From Candidatus Thorarchaeota archaeon (lineage in GTDB: Archaea; Asgardarchaeota; Thorarchaeia; Thorarchaeales; Thorarchaeaceae), in NCBI GenBank assembly GCA_016840855.1, contig JAEORO010000115.1, positions 1-25,495 on the forward strand: a stretch of 25,495 bases of DNA, written 5' to 3'. Shown piece by piece: positions 1 to 8,480 of the stretch. Below the pieces are notes generated by a model. The model saw only the letters and a list, made by a program, of their open reading frames with translations. It was not told the origin of the DNA and did no database searches. The translations under genes were made by a program, and so were the position numbers. Numbering within the stretch: position 1 is the first letter of the stretch; each line of letters opens with the position of its first letter.

Positions 1-1
1 C

Positions 2-2449
2 TTTACTCCAGGCAAGTACTTTCTAAATATGACACTGAATGGAACATACCTGCTATTCTCTTCATTCAGCTTCAGCATCGATGTATCGGGAGTTGTTTCA
101 GCAACAATTCTTACACCAACAAACTTTGCCTCCTTTTCACAGGGAACACCAATTCAGTTCACAGTACTTGTTCAAGATGATCAATTCTTCAACATTACAG
201 GGGCAGATGTCGAACTAGATCTACTAGGAAGTAATTACGCTCTAACAGAAACATCTCTAGGCATCTATACCGTGACAATCTCCACCACGCAAATACCACT
301 TGGGCAATACAGTGCAAAAATTACAGCCTCACAAGGGTTCATGGATACGTACACTGCCTATGTTCACTTCTCAATTACAGGAAGTGCAACTATTCTCTTA
401 GTGGTCAATCCAAGTGTTGTTTTGAATTATCAAAACGTAACGTTTGACATCAGTGTTGTCGACCAATGGTACAATCCAATCTATGTCTTTGATTACATAT
501 TTGATTTTGGTAGCGTTTACACAACTTCAGGCACATCTACTTCATCCCTTAAGTCTTGGAGAATAGTTCCTGATCTGGTGCCTGGACTCTATACGCTCAA
601 CGTTACTATTTCTGGAGTGCATTTTCCACCTGAAATTCTCACTGTTGATATAAGCGTGAGGAGTGATACAATAGCATCTGTGTTATCTCCGCTTAATGCT
701 AGTCAGTATATTCAGGGTAAAGATGACATTCTGTTTAGATTAGATCTTGAAGACATGCTTGGTAATGTAATGGTTGGAGGATCGGTTTCAGTTTTGATTC
801 ATGATTCATTCTATATCCTGACTGACTTAGGTAACGGCACCTATTCTATAGTGGTATCAACTGATGGGTGGGCAGCTGGTCTGTTTAACTATACCGTGAT
901 GGTCACTCATAGTTACTTATCCCAAGATGTAGCTCTCAGAGGCTCTATTGAGATACTTGCGGAGCTGGTCTTTGCTATTGAGTTTACACCTGAGCAGCCT
1001 GTAAAAGGAGCACTGGTAAACATCACTATAGCAATTACAGACAAGTATGGGAATCCAATGTCAGGACTTTCTGTATATGTTACATTTCGAAATCATACAG
1101 AAATAGCTGTAGAAACATCACAGAGAGGCATCTACTTCGCAAGTTTCATTGTAACAGGGTCAGGATTCGGTGATGATAGCATTGTAGTTAGTGCAGAAGG
1201 TACAAGATGTATTGCTGGAGTGGGAGATGTACAAGCATATGTGATAGTACCTGCACCACAGCTTTCTCTCAGTGCCGAGAACTTTGGAATTCTAGCCTTG
1301 AGTTCTTTCATCGTTAGTTTCCTAGGTTTGCTTTTGTACTTCAGAATATCATCAGGACTATCTATCACTAGTGGATCCCAAGCACAGCTGATGCGAGGAA
1401 TCAGAAGACTAGATTATCTCTATGTTGGCGTTGTTGGACTTGTTGGATTGACACTTATTCATTCATATGTGTCTGCAGGAGCAGGTGATTACAACCTTGC
1501 AGTATTGGAGAGTGTTCTGCTACTAGGTATTTCGTTGATTCTATATGGTATCTGGCTTTATAGAGATGCCACTTCAACAATACTACAATCTCAGGCTGTT
1601 AGTAGAAGAAGAATGATACTTGGGCTATGGCACCTGATATTTGTCCCACTTGTAATTATACAACTCTACGACTGGGGACGAAATATTGAATGGCTAGATT
1701 ACTATGTACTGCAGAATGTATTCCATCTGGGCGAACTTGCAGTGCCTACGATAATGATGACAATATTCGCAGCCTACATTTCATCCATTGTGATAGTCGT
1801 TGTCAATCTTTACAGAGAAATCAGCAAGGGACTCTTTCGAATAAAGGAAATGGCTGTACTTGGTACTCCACCAATTGTTGTCGAACAGGAATGCATCGAT
1901 CTTGTAGAGAAGCTTGGATCATCAATTCGCACGAAATTCTTCATGTTCCTTGTAGTTCTAGCTGGCACCTCTGTCCTCACCATGGATTTTCTGAAAAGTT
2001 ACTCTCTCGGTGTTATTGTTCTGATGCCAGTTGTGTTCCTCGTAGTGGTTCCATATCTATCGTCAAAAATGGCCAAAGGTATAACAAAGGTTTCAAAGAG
2101 TCGGCATGATAGACACGAAGCTAGGTCTCTAGCAGAAGTTGCGGATGAGGAAATCATAACCGATACTTCTTTTGATGTTGGACCGTATTATGAGTCAGGA
2201 TCAGAGAGCGAGTCTTCAGAGATAGAGATGCATCCTGTTGAAGAAGAGCATGAGTTTGAAGAGGAACGTAAAGAAACTATAGCAAGTCGAAGCTTAACAA
2301 AGAAAGAGCTTATCGATCTTCTTCCAGAAAAAGTGAAGGAATCAGTTGGGCTAGATGAACTGAAAAAGCTCTCAAAGGACCAACTAGAAGCTCTTGTAGA
2401 GCTAGAAGAAATGAGATCGAAGAGTACTGACACTGAACATGACGAGTAA
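2..2449 (+). CDS. Large surface/membrane protein, 5'-truncated: at least 4 tandem Ig-like (Big-type) domains, 7 predicted TM helices, acidic cytoplasmic tail
   Basis: Frame is open from base 2 (FTPGKYFLN before ATG29), so the gene probably starts before the window. Four ~95-aa beta-rich repeats carry D-x-x-[GFY]-N motifs (QDDQFFN, VDQWYNP, EDMLGNV, TDKYGNP). Seven hydrophobic segments lie at aa ~419-677 of the 806-aa ORF, followed by a Glu-rich tail. Confidence 0.85.
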   Translation, partial: FTPGKYFLNMTLNGTYLLFSSFSFSIDVSGVVSATILTPTNFASFSQGTPIQFTVLVQDDQFFNITGADVELDLLGSNYALTETSLGIYTVTISTTQIPLGQYSAKITASQGFMDTYTAYVHFSITGSATILLVVNPSVVLNYQNVTFDISVVDQWYNPIYVFDYIFDFGSVYTTSGTSTSSLKSWRIVPDLVPGLYTLNVTISGVHFPPEILTVDISVRSDTIASVLSPLNASQYIQGKDDILFRLDLEDMLGNVMVGGSVSVLIHDSFYILTDLGNGTYSIVVSTDGWAAGLFNYTVMVTHSYLSQDVALRGSIEILAELVFAIEFTPEQPVKGALVNITIAITDKYGNPMSGLSVYVTFRNHTEIAVETSQRGIYFASFIVTGSGFGDDSIVVSAEGTRCIAGVGDVQAYVIVPAPQLSLSAENFGILALSSFIVSFLGLLLYFRISSGLSITSGSQAQLMRGIRRLDYLYVGVVGLVGLTLIHSYVSAGAGDYNLAVLESVLLLGISLILYGIWLYRDATSTILQSQAVSRRRMILGLWHLIFVPLVIIQLYDWGRNIEWLDYYVLQNVFHLGELAVPTIMMTIFAAYISSIVIVVVNLYREISKGLFRIKEMAVLGTPPIVVEQECIDLVEKLGSSIRTKFFMFLVVLAGTSVLTMDFLKSYSLGVIVLMPVVFLVVVPYLSSKMAKGITKVSKSRHDRHEARSLAEVADEEIITDTSFDVGPYYESGSESESSEIEMHPVEEEHEFEEERKETIASRSLTKKELIDLLPEKVKESVGLDELKKLSKDQLEALVELEEMRSKSTDTEHDE

Positions 2450-2473
2450 CAAACTGCTTGGTACAAGATAGTG

Positions 2474-2492
2474 GTGCTGCTAGATGCAGCAC
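2474..2492. terminator. Hairpin between convergent genes, possible bidirectional terminator
   Basis: GTGCTGC-tagat-GCAGCAC, a perfect 7-bp inverted repeat in the 52-bp gap between two convergent stop codons. Confidence 0.5.
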
Positions 2493-2501
2493 TCATAATT
2501 A

Positions 2502-3395
2502 CTACTTTCGCGATTTGGATTTCAACTGTCTTACAGCCTCTCGGATGTCAGCCTCATCTATCTCTTGTTCTTCCATCATGAGATCTTCTTTCGCTGCTGC
2601 AGGCGCACTAGCTGGTCTTGCAGTCATTGCTCTTTTCTTGACTCCTTTTGCTTGAATCTTAGAAACAATCTCCGAGATTTTCTCGTCGGTGAACTCCTCA
2701 TCTGCGGGGAACTCATTCATACTAACTCCCATATCTTCAAGGATTGTTTTTTGAATGGCGAGTTTGTCAATCTCTTCAACTGCAATACCTGTGATAATAT
2801 TGACTAGAAGATCAGCTTTTTCGAGTGGGAAGAATCGCCCTTGAGAGTCTGCTGCAATCCGTTCATAAGTCTTGACGGCATTGTCATAACTAGCAATTTC
2901 AGGGAAACAACCAACGGTATGGATAACAATTCCTTTCTCAAACGCATTCTTTGCTTCTTTTTCCCATTTTGCACCATCTGGAGTCCCCTTTGGCCACCGG
3001 TCTCCAGACTCAACACCATGAGGTGGTGCGTCACCAATTAACACAGCAATCTTCGCTGATTCGTTAAGAAATTCCATTTTGTTCATAACTTGAAGCGCGG
3101 TAGAAACAGCTTCCGGACCATCTCCGCCTCCAGATGCATCCATCTGCATTACATAGCTTTCAATTTTTGATGTGTCAGGAGAGAGTTCGTATTTCTGCGT
3201 GACATATGTTGTTTCTTCTGGAGGATGGTCACGATAAGACACAAGACCTACCCGGAGTCTATGGCATAACTCCTCCTTTTTGATTGTACGAATAATTTCC
3301 AGAATCTTTGTTTTCACAGTGTTGATGTAAGGACCCATAGATCCAGTATTATCAACAACAAAAACCAGATCAAGCTGCCCTATTTTTTCAGACAA
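2502..3395 (-). CDS. von Willebrand factor type A (vWA) domain protein
   Basis: DLVFVVDNTGSM (MIDAS DxTxS), RVGLVSYRDH, GGGDGPEA and LIGDAPPHG motifs. TTG start preceded by an SD-like AAGAGGAGA. Confidence 0.9.
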   Translation of the reverse strand: MSEKIGQLDLVFVVDNTGSMGPYINTVKTKILEIIRTIKKEELCHRLRVGLVSYRDHPPEETTYVTQKYELSPDTSKIESYVMQMDASGGGDGPEAVSTALQVMNKMEFLNESAKIAVLIGDAPPHGVESGDRWPKGTPDGAKWEKEAKNAFEKGIVIHTVGCFPEIASYDNAVKTYERIAADSQGRFFPLEKADLLVNIITGIAVEEIDKLAIQKTILEDMGVSMNEFPADEEFTDEKISEIVSKIQAKGVKKRAMTARPASAPAAAKEDLMMEEQEIDEADIREAVRQLKSKSRK

Positions 3396-3538
3396 TTAAT
3401 TCTCCTCTTAATAGCGTGCTACAGATCTCACAAAGTTAGTTTGAGCCATAGCTTAGCAGGTTTGCACCTTGAGCGAAAATAAGTGTTGGCATGTTCTTCC
3501 CTCTTGATTTATAGCCCGCATCGTCAGAGGAAGTTCGG

Positions 3539-4246
3539 ATGGAGAAACTAATAATGAAGATATTCCAAGACAAATCAATTAGGGACTTTTTGGTTATTCA
3601 TGCCATTTTTGCAGTCCTTACAGTCATAGCTCTTCTGATACCAGTTACGACACCAATAAGCAGTAAACTACTATTAGTGGTAATTGTCTACAACGGGTTG
3701 ATATTCCTAGAAGCAGTTCAGAAAGAACACAAGGATTGGATGAATATTTGGGTATTTGCCATTATTCTTAGCGTACTAATGGTGTTCCCGGATTGGTATC
3801 TTTCAGAAACGTTGGGTGCGCTGCAATTTCCAGATGATGGATTTCCAATGATTGGAGGGGCAATACCCATATACATGGCGGGATTATGGACAATTCCATT
3901 CTTCATAATCATGTTTATTGGAAAACAGGTTGAAGAGCGAAAATCGATGAATTTTTCGTATATTGTGGTATCAGTACTCTCAATTGCGATTTTTGCCCTT
4001 GCTGAACTAACATTAGTTTACCTACCTTCATGGGCAGCAACTGTGAACGGTATAACAGGAAATCTTGCTTGGTATATTATCATTCCAGAGTTGATCTTAG
4101 GACTCTCCACATTCATCTGTTTCAATATCATGAAAGATAAAAACATTGGAAACAAAATCCTTGGAGCATTCACAGTAATGATATTCTACATTGGCAATGC
4201 TTCATTCTTCTTCTTTCTAATTGAAACGCTCCTCCTTGGGTCATAG
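3539..4246 (+). CDS. Multi-pass integral membrane protein of unknown function (possibly DUF6989-like)
   Basis: About 7 hydrophobic segments, with conserved-looking FPDWYLS and IPIYMAGLW motifs. Family call is from recall only. Confidence 0.75.
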   Translation: MEKLIMKIFQDKSIRDFLVIHAIFAVLTVIALLIPVTTPISSKLLLVVIVYNGLIFLEAVQKEHKDWMNIWVFAIILSVLMVFPDWYLSETLGALQFPDDGFPMIGGAIPIYMAGLWTIPFFIIMFIGKQVEERKSMNFSYIVVSVLSIAIFALAELTLVYLPSWAATVNGITGNLAWYIIIPELILGLSTFICFNIMKDKNIGNKILGAFTVMIFYIGNASFFFFLIETLLLGS

Positions 4247-4340
4247 TCAATTATGGACATAGATTTCATTCATTTGGCAAATGTTGCCACCCAAGTAAGC
4301 TACAAAAGGGCCTCCGAAGTTGATTTAATGAGGGATTTGT

Positions 4341-5135
4341 ATGCATCTCCCAAAAGGACTAAAGATTGATGATCTTGAAACACCACGAAAATACATCACC
4401 AAGTTCATCAGGGATTACGTGACTAAAGCAGGAGTAAATGGCGTAGTCCTAGGACTTAGTGGAGGAATTGATTCAAGTCTTGTCGCTACCCTAGCCTGTG
4501 AAGCCATCGGATCTGATAGGGTACACGGGATTATGTTACCCGTTGATGCGAAAAAAGATGCTGAGAATATTGGAGATGCACAAAAGCTGGCTGAGTCCCT
4601 TGAAATGAAGCATGAGATATTTGAACTAAAGAAAGCGGTGGCAGTCTATGACTCCCTGTCACTCGATAGGGTGGCGCTTGGGAATCTTACAGCCAGACTT
4701 AGAATGGTCACATGGTATGCGAAAGCGAACCAGGAAAATCTACTTGTCATGGGGACTGGGAACAAATCTGAATTGATGGTTGGATACTTCACAAAGTATG
4801 GGGATGGAGGTATTGATATACTGCCAATTGGCGACCTATACAAAGAGAATGTCTGGAGCCTCGCACGACATGTGGGAGTTCCTGAGAAGATTATAACTAA
4901 AGTACCTTCAGCAGGTCTTTGGAAAGGACAGACAGATGAGGGAGAGATTGGAGTCACATATGCGGAGCTGGATAGTATTCTTTATCTGAAACTCGAGAAA
5001 AGAATGAGTGAGGAAGAGATAGTTGAATACGGTATTGACAAATCTAAGGTTCAAAAGGTCTTCAAAATGATGAAAAATTCAGAACATAAGAGAAACACCC
5101 CACCAATAGCCAAAGTTCGAACAGAAGTCATTTGA
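4341..5135 (+). CDS. nadE: NH3-dependent NAD+ synthetase
   Basis: PP-loop LGLSGGIDS, GNLTARLRM, GTGNKSE, GYFTKYGDGG, PSAGLWKGQTDE and SEHKR motifs. No glutaminase domain. Confidence 0.97.
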   Translation: MHLPKGLKIDDLETPRKYITKFIRDYVTKAGVNGVVLGLSGGIDSSLVATLACEAIGSDRVHGIMLPVDAKKDAENIGDAQKLAESLEMKHEIFELKKAVAVYDSLSLDRVALGNLTARLRMVTWYAKANQENLLVMGTGNKSELMVGYFTKYGDGGIDILPIGDLYKENVWSLARHVGVPEKIITKVPSAGLWKGQTDEGEIGVTYAELDSILYLKLEKRMSEEEIVEYGIDKSKVQKVFKMMKNSEHKRNTPPIAKVRTEVI

Positions 5136-5395
5136 TTATATTCAATTCATTTGGAGAGATTAATGAGAGAGCTGGTATATAGAAAAAACCCACAAATTTC
5201 AGATTTTGAAAACCTCGGAATATTATTTTGCTTACCATATCATCCTTTGAAGCTTCCTGACTCCTAAGTGAAGAAATCTGAACTCAATGATTCCGATTTT
5301 TACATAAAATGATGGGTGATTTGTCAGAAATATCACCAATATGTATACGCCAACAAATATTCAGTTTTGTTTCGTGATAGCTCGGTGTAAAACAA

Positions 5396-5509
5396 TTGGC
5401 ATTCGCAAAACTTAGGAAAAAAATTGAACCTGAACCTGATCTGAAAGAACTTCATAGACTTAAGTCACAGATTAGAAGCGAGGTTTACAGAACCTCCTTC
5501 CAGAGGTAA
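5396..5509 (+). CDS. Candidate small protein, 37 aa (MAFAKLRKKIEPEPDLKELHRLKSQIRSEVYRTSFQR)
   Basis: TTG-started ORF in a 680-bp gap, below the ORF-track cutoff. Protein-like charged helical composition, followed by hairpins and a pyrimidine tract. Confidence 0.4.
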   Translation: MAFAKLRKKIEPEPDLKELHRLKSQIRSEVYRTSFQR

Positions 5510-5553
5510 AGGTCATGTCATTCATCTCAACGGAGATGTCTACAAAGAAATCT

Positions 5554-5590
5554 ATGGCTACGCGTCGAGCGTAGCCATTCCTCCTCTTTT
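5554..5590 (+). terminator. Perfect 10-bp stem-loop followed by a pyrimidine/T tract
   Basis: ATGGCTACGC-gtcga-GCGTAGCCAT (5554-5578), then TCCTCCTCTTTT. Confidence 0.55.
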
Positions 5591-5816
5591 AGAGTCAAGT
5601 AGACTCAGCAATCTCAGATAAGAGTGAAGTCTATCAGCTATTAAGGATTTGATTCAATAGAACCTATTCTTCTGCTATCAATAGATAACAATTCAGCATA
5701 TAGTTATGATTTGGTTTAACATACTAAATTGCAGCAGTTCACCTCCGAAATATGTAGTTAACAATGGTTAAATATATCTATATAACTAAAATCTGGGATG
5801 AGAAGTTGAATAGAAC

Positions 5817-6677
5817 ATGAGGACTCCTGAGATCAAGACTGCAATTCTAAAACTAGCAAGCTCCAAGGAGTTCTACGGATATGAGATACATAGAGAATTG
5901 GAAGAGAAAAACATCAAAATTGGAATAGGCCGTTTGTATTCCATACTCGCAGAAATGAAGAATGCAGGTCTCCTCGAAGACAGATGGGAAAAAAGCAACA
6001 CAGGGCCGAAGCGAAGAATATACAGAATTGGGAGAAAAGGCAAATTAGAGAGAGAAAAGATACTCATGGAAGCAATAAAGACCGTCCATGAATTCTATAC
6101 AGAGTATTTACTGAGCCTGCCAAAAGAAAAGAGTGCCTTCAAAATCATTAGCAGAATTCTCACTGAGAAACTATCAAACGAAGCAAACATAGGTTATGCA
6201 GCTACAAGATATTCTGAACCAGTAAAGAGAATTATGAGGCAGCTTAGGAGTGATGTGCCCAAAGGCAAAATTTACGCAATAACATCAAATGCGGCCGGTC
6301 TTAATCTCGAAATGGAGGATGCTTTTATCATCGAAGGTTCATTTGAAGACGTACCGATAAAAGACTCCTATCTAGACCTCCTAGTTGTAACAGGACCTAT
6401 TAGGAGTGATAGCCTGAAAGAATATCTATCTGAGTGGCGACGTGTTTTATCTGATTCTGGAATACTTGCAATTGTTACGCCAACTGCAACCATTACTACC
6501 TATCAAGACCCCTTGGATATTGGAGAATTTGTCGAACAACGGGAACACCCAAAGCTGCAGAAAGACGATCCAATTAGCTCTGAGAGTCTTGAAACGGAAA
6601 TGCAAAATTACTTCAAACAAATTGAGCTTAGGCGAGTCGTGCATATTACTTTAGTTCTTGGGAAAAAAATTGGTTAA
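5817..6677 (+). CDS. PadR-family wHTH regulator fused to a class I SAM-methyltransferase-like domain
   Basis: N-terminus matches PadR (YGYEIHREL..IGRLYSIL..AGLLEDRWE..GPKRRIYRIGRKG). C-terminus has Methyltransf_11-like motifs (GSFEDVPIKDSYLDLLVV; LSEWRRVLSDSGILAIV). Confidence 0.85.
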   Translation: MRTPEIKTAILKLASSKEFYGYEIHRELEEKNIKIGIGRLYSILAEMKNAGLLEDRWEKSNTGPKRRIYRIGRKGKLEREKILMEAIKTVHEFYTEYLLSLPKEKSAFKIISRILTEKLSNEANIGYAATRYSEPVKRIMRQLRSDVPKGKIYAITSNAAGLNLEMEDAFIIEGSFEDVPIKDSYLDLLVVTGPIRSDSLKEYLSEWRRVLSDSGILAIVTPTATITTYQDPLDIGEFVEQREHPKLQKDDPISSESLETEMQNYFKQIELRRVVHITLVLGKKIG

Positions 6678-6993
6678 ATGCCAATGCAGTATATCAAAAA
6701 ATGGCTATACTGAACTCGCGATAGCTGTTTATATTCTATAAAAAAGTGAATATTCCAAGAGTGAAATCAGTCGTCTGCTGGCTTAATTCACTCGCCTCCA
6801 ACTTCGAAAAAAAGGTAGTGTAGTACACCTTACAGGAGGAGGCATGGGTCCTGCTTCCTCCATCTTCTTAATCTCTCTTATCTTAATCGACACTATATTC
6901 AAAATCATACCATAGCTGGAATACGTCTGAAGTCTAAATTGCTCTTGATAATTTGTGTAATATTAGTAGATTATGATTATAATTCATTACATT

Positions 6994-7036
6994 AAAGAAA
7001 AAGAGAGTGAGTTGGTTTTAATGAACCAACCGACTC
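6994..7036 (-). terminator. Hairpin plus T-tract downstream of the MBL gene
   Basis: Minus strand reads GAGTCG-GTTGGTT-cattaa-AACCAAC-TCACTC followed by TCTTTTTCTTT, about 25 nt after the stop at 7061. Confidence 0.6.
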
Positions 7037-7060
7037 AATGTTTAATTTTATAGTCTGTTT

Positions 7061-7861
7061 TCAGGTTTCAAACTTATGAGAATCGAAGTGTCCAACAAAA
7101 AATGGTACACAACTGGAACATTCCTGAATCTCATCACTAAAGCCTGCAATGAATAACTCAGCTGTGAGACTGCTGGTGTGGATTGGAATGAAGTATGCAG
7201 GCTGTATTTTGGCAATTGCATCAACAACTTCCAAGTCAGCCATTGCCTGGCACCCAGGACCTAGTGGAAGTAAAGCAACATCGATTTGATTTGTAATCAG
7301 ATTGTATTCTGTAATGTTCTTTGAATCTCCAGCATGGAAAATTTTGAACCCGTTGATGTCAATTATGTAACTAGTCCAGTTAGCCTCAGGCGGATGACTT
7401 GCATACCTGACATCATCAATCCAGACCTCTGTATACATGTAGAATGCAGTGATATTGATGGTTCCAACCTGAACCGTATCAAGTGGATTAACACCTACAC
7501 CATCATGTGTTAAAATCTCTGCAGACATGTTCTCAGGAAAGATATTCACTGTAGATGGCTTCTGAAGCATCTCAATAATTTCGCTGTTGTAATGGTCTGC
7601 GTGTGGGTGTGTGATCAATATTGCATCAGCAAGAAGCAAAGAGTAGTTTGATGGTACATCAATAGGGTCAATGTAGATGCATGCTCCATCTGCCTCAATT
7701 AGCACCCCTGCATTATCAAGGGCTGTAATCTTAATTGAGGTGCTCTCAGTAGGCGCGGCAGGAGGAGTCATTAATGTATAACCTGCAAAAGCCCCTATCC
7801 CCAAGACTATAACTAAGACTGTTATAATGACATAAGTTTGTGGTTTACTTGATGGACTCAT
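7061..7861 (-). CDS. Membrane-anchored MBL-fold metallo-hydrolase (UlaG/Lactamase_B_3-like)
   Basis: IYIDP, ITHPHADH (HxHxDH), FHAGDS and IPIH motifs, with an N-terminal TM/signal anchor. Confidence 0.9.
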   Translation of the reverse strand: MSPSSKPQTYVIITVLVIVLGIGAFAGYTLMTPPAAPTESTSIKITALDNAGVLIEADGACIYIDPIDVPSNYSLLLADAILITHPHADHYNSEIIEMLQKPSTVNIFPENMSAEILTHDGVGVNPLDTVQVGTINITAFYMYTEVWIDDVRYASHPPEANWTSYIIDINGFKIFHAGDSKNITEYNLITNQIDVALLPLGPGCQAMADLEVVDAIAKIQPAYFIPIHTSSLTAELFIAGFSDEIQECSSCVPFFVGHFDSHKFET

Positions 7862-8062
7862 GTTTCAACAGCCAATAGGATTTCCAGTATTTAAGATACG
7901 GTTCAACGCAGTCTTTTACCCATCAGGCGTATCTGCATACATCCAATGAATAATACGCTGGAAATTAAAATTATCATGGAGTAGCATTGGTATTTCTGCT
8001 ATCGGAGAGGGCTAAACATCAAGCTTATGAAAGGAAATTATCTAGGGTTTATTGAATTTCTT

Positions 8063-8395
8063 ATGAGTGCTAATGAAGCGTTTGAACGTGGAAGACTAGA
8101 GATGGAGTCAGGCAGACTCGAGAAAGCGATCGAGGCTTTTGACGAGTCAGCAAGTCTATCACCCTCATCATTTGATACTTGGTGGGCTCTAGCTAGTGCC
8201 TGCAACCTTTATGGGACACAACTAGAAGCTGAAGGTGATTATCAACGCGCAAACATGTACAAGATTAAAGCGGCATACTCTTTTGATAGGGCCACGAGAG
8301 CTGAGCCAAGCAACCCAAAAGCAGAGAAGGCCAAGGCATACGCACAGACAATTAGAGGAGCCCAAGCACGCAAAAAGGAACAAGGATATTTCTAG
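8063..8395 (+). CDS. Tetratricopeptide-repeat protein
   Basis: TPR patterns (G..EKAIEAFDESASLSPSSFDTWWALA; AAYSFDRATRAEPSNPKA). ATG8063 preferred over ATG8027. Confidence 0.8.
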   Translation: MSANEAFERGRLEMESGRLEKAIEAFDESASLSPSSFDTWWALASACNLYGTQLEAEGDYQRANMYKIKAAYSFDRATRAEPSNPKAEKAKAYAQTIRGAQARKKEQGYF

Positions 8396-8480
8396 TCGAA
8401 TAAAGGTAACTGCGAATTAACATAAGGTTTTATCAAAACCATTCTCTAATGATATGAGGACAAAATAGGAGTGTATCATA

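Noticed and set aside
1553-1570. YRD after TM3 as a GPCR DRY motif
   Set aside because: The residue order is reversed and there is no NPxxY; not evidence of homology.
5163-5267. 34-aa ORF (MRELVYRKNPQ...) after nadE with GGAGAG upstream
   Set aside because: Short, with no recognisable motif; compatible with chance.
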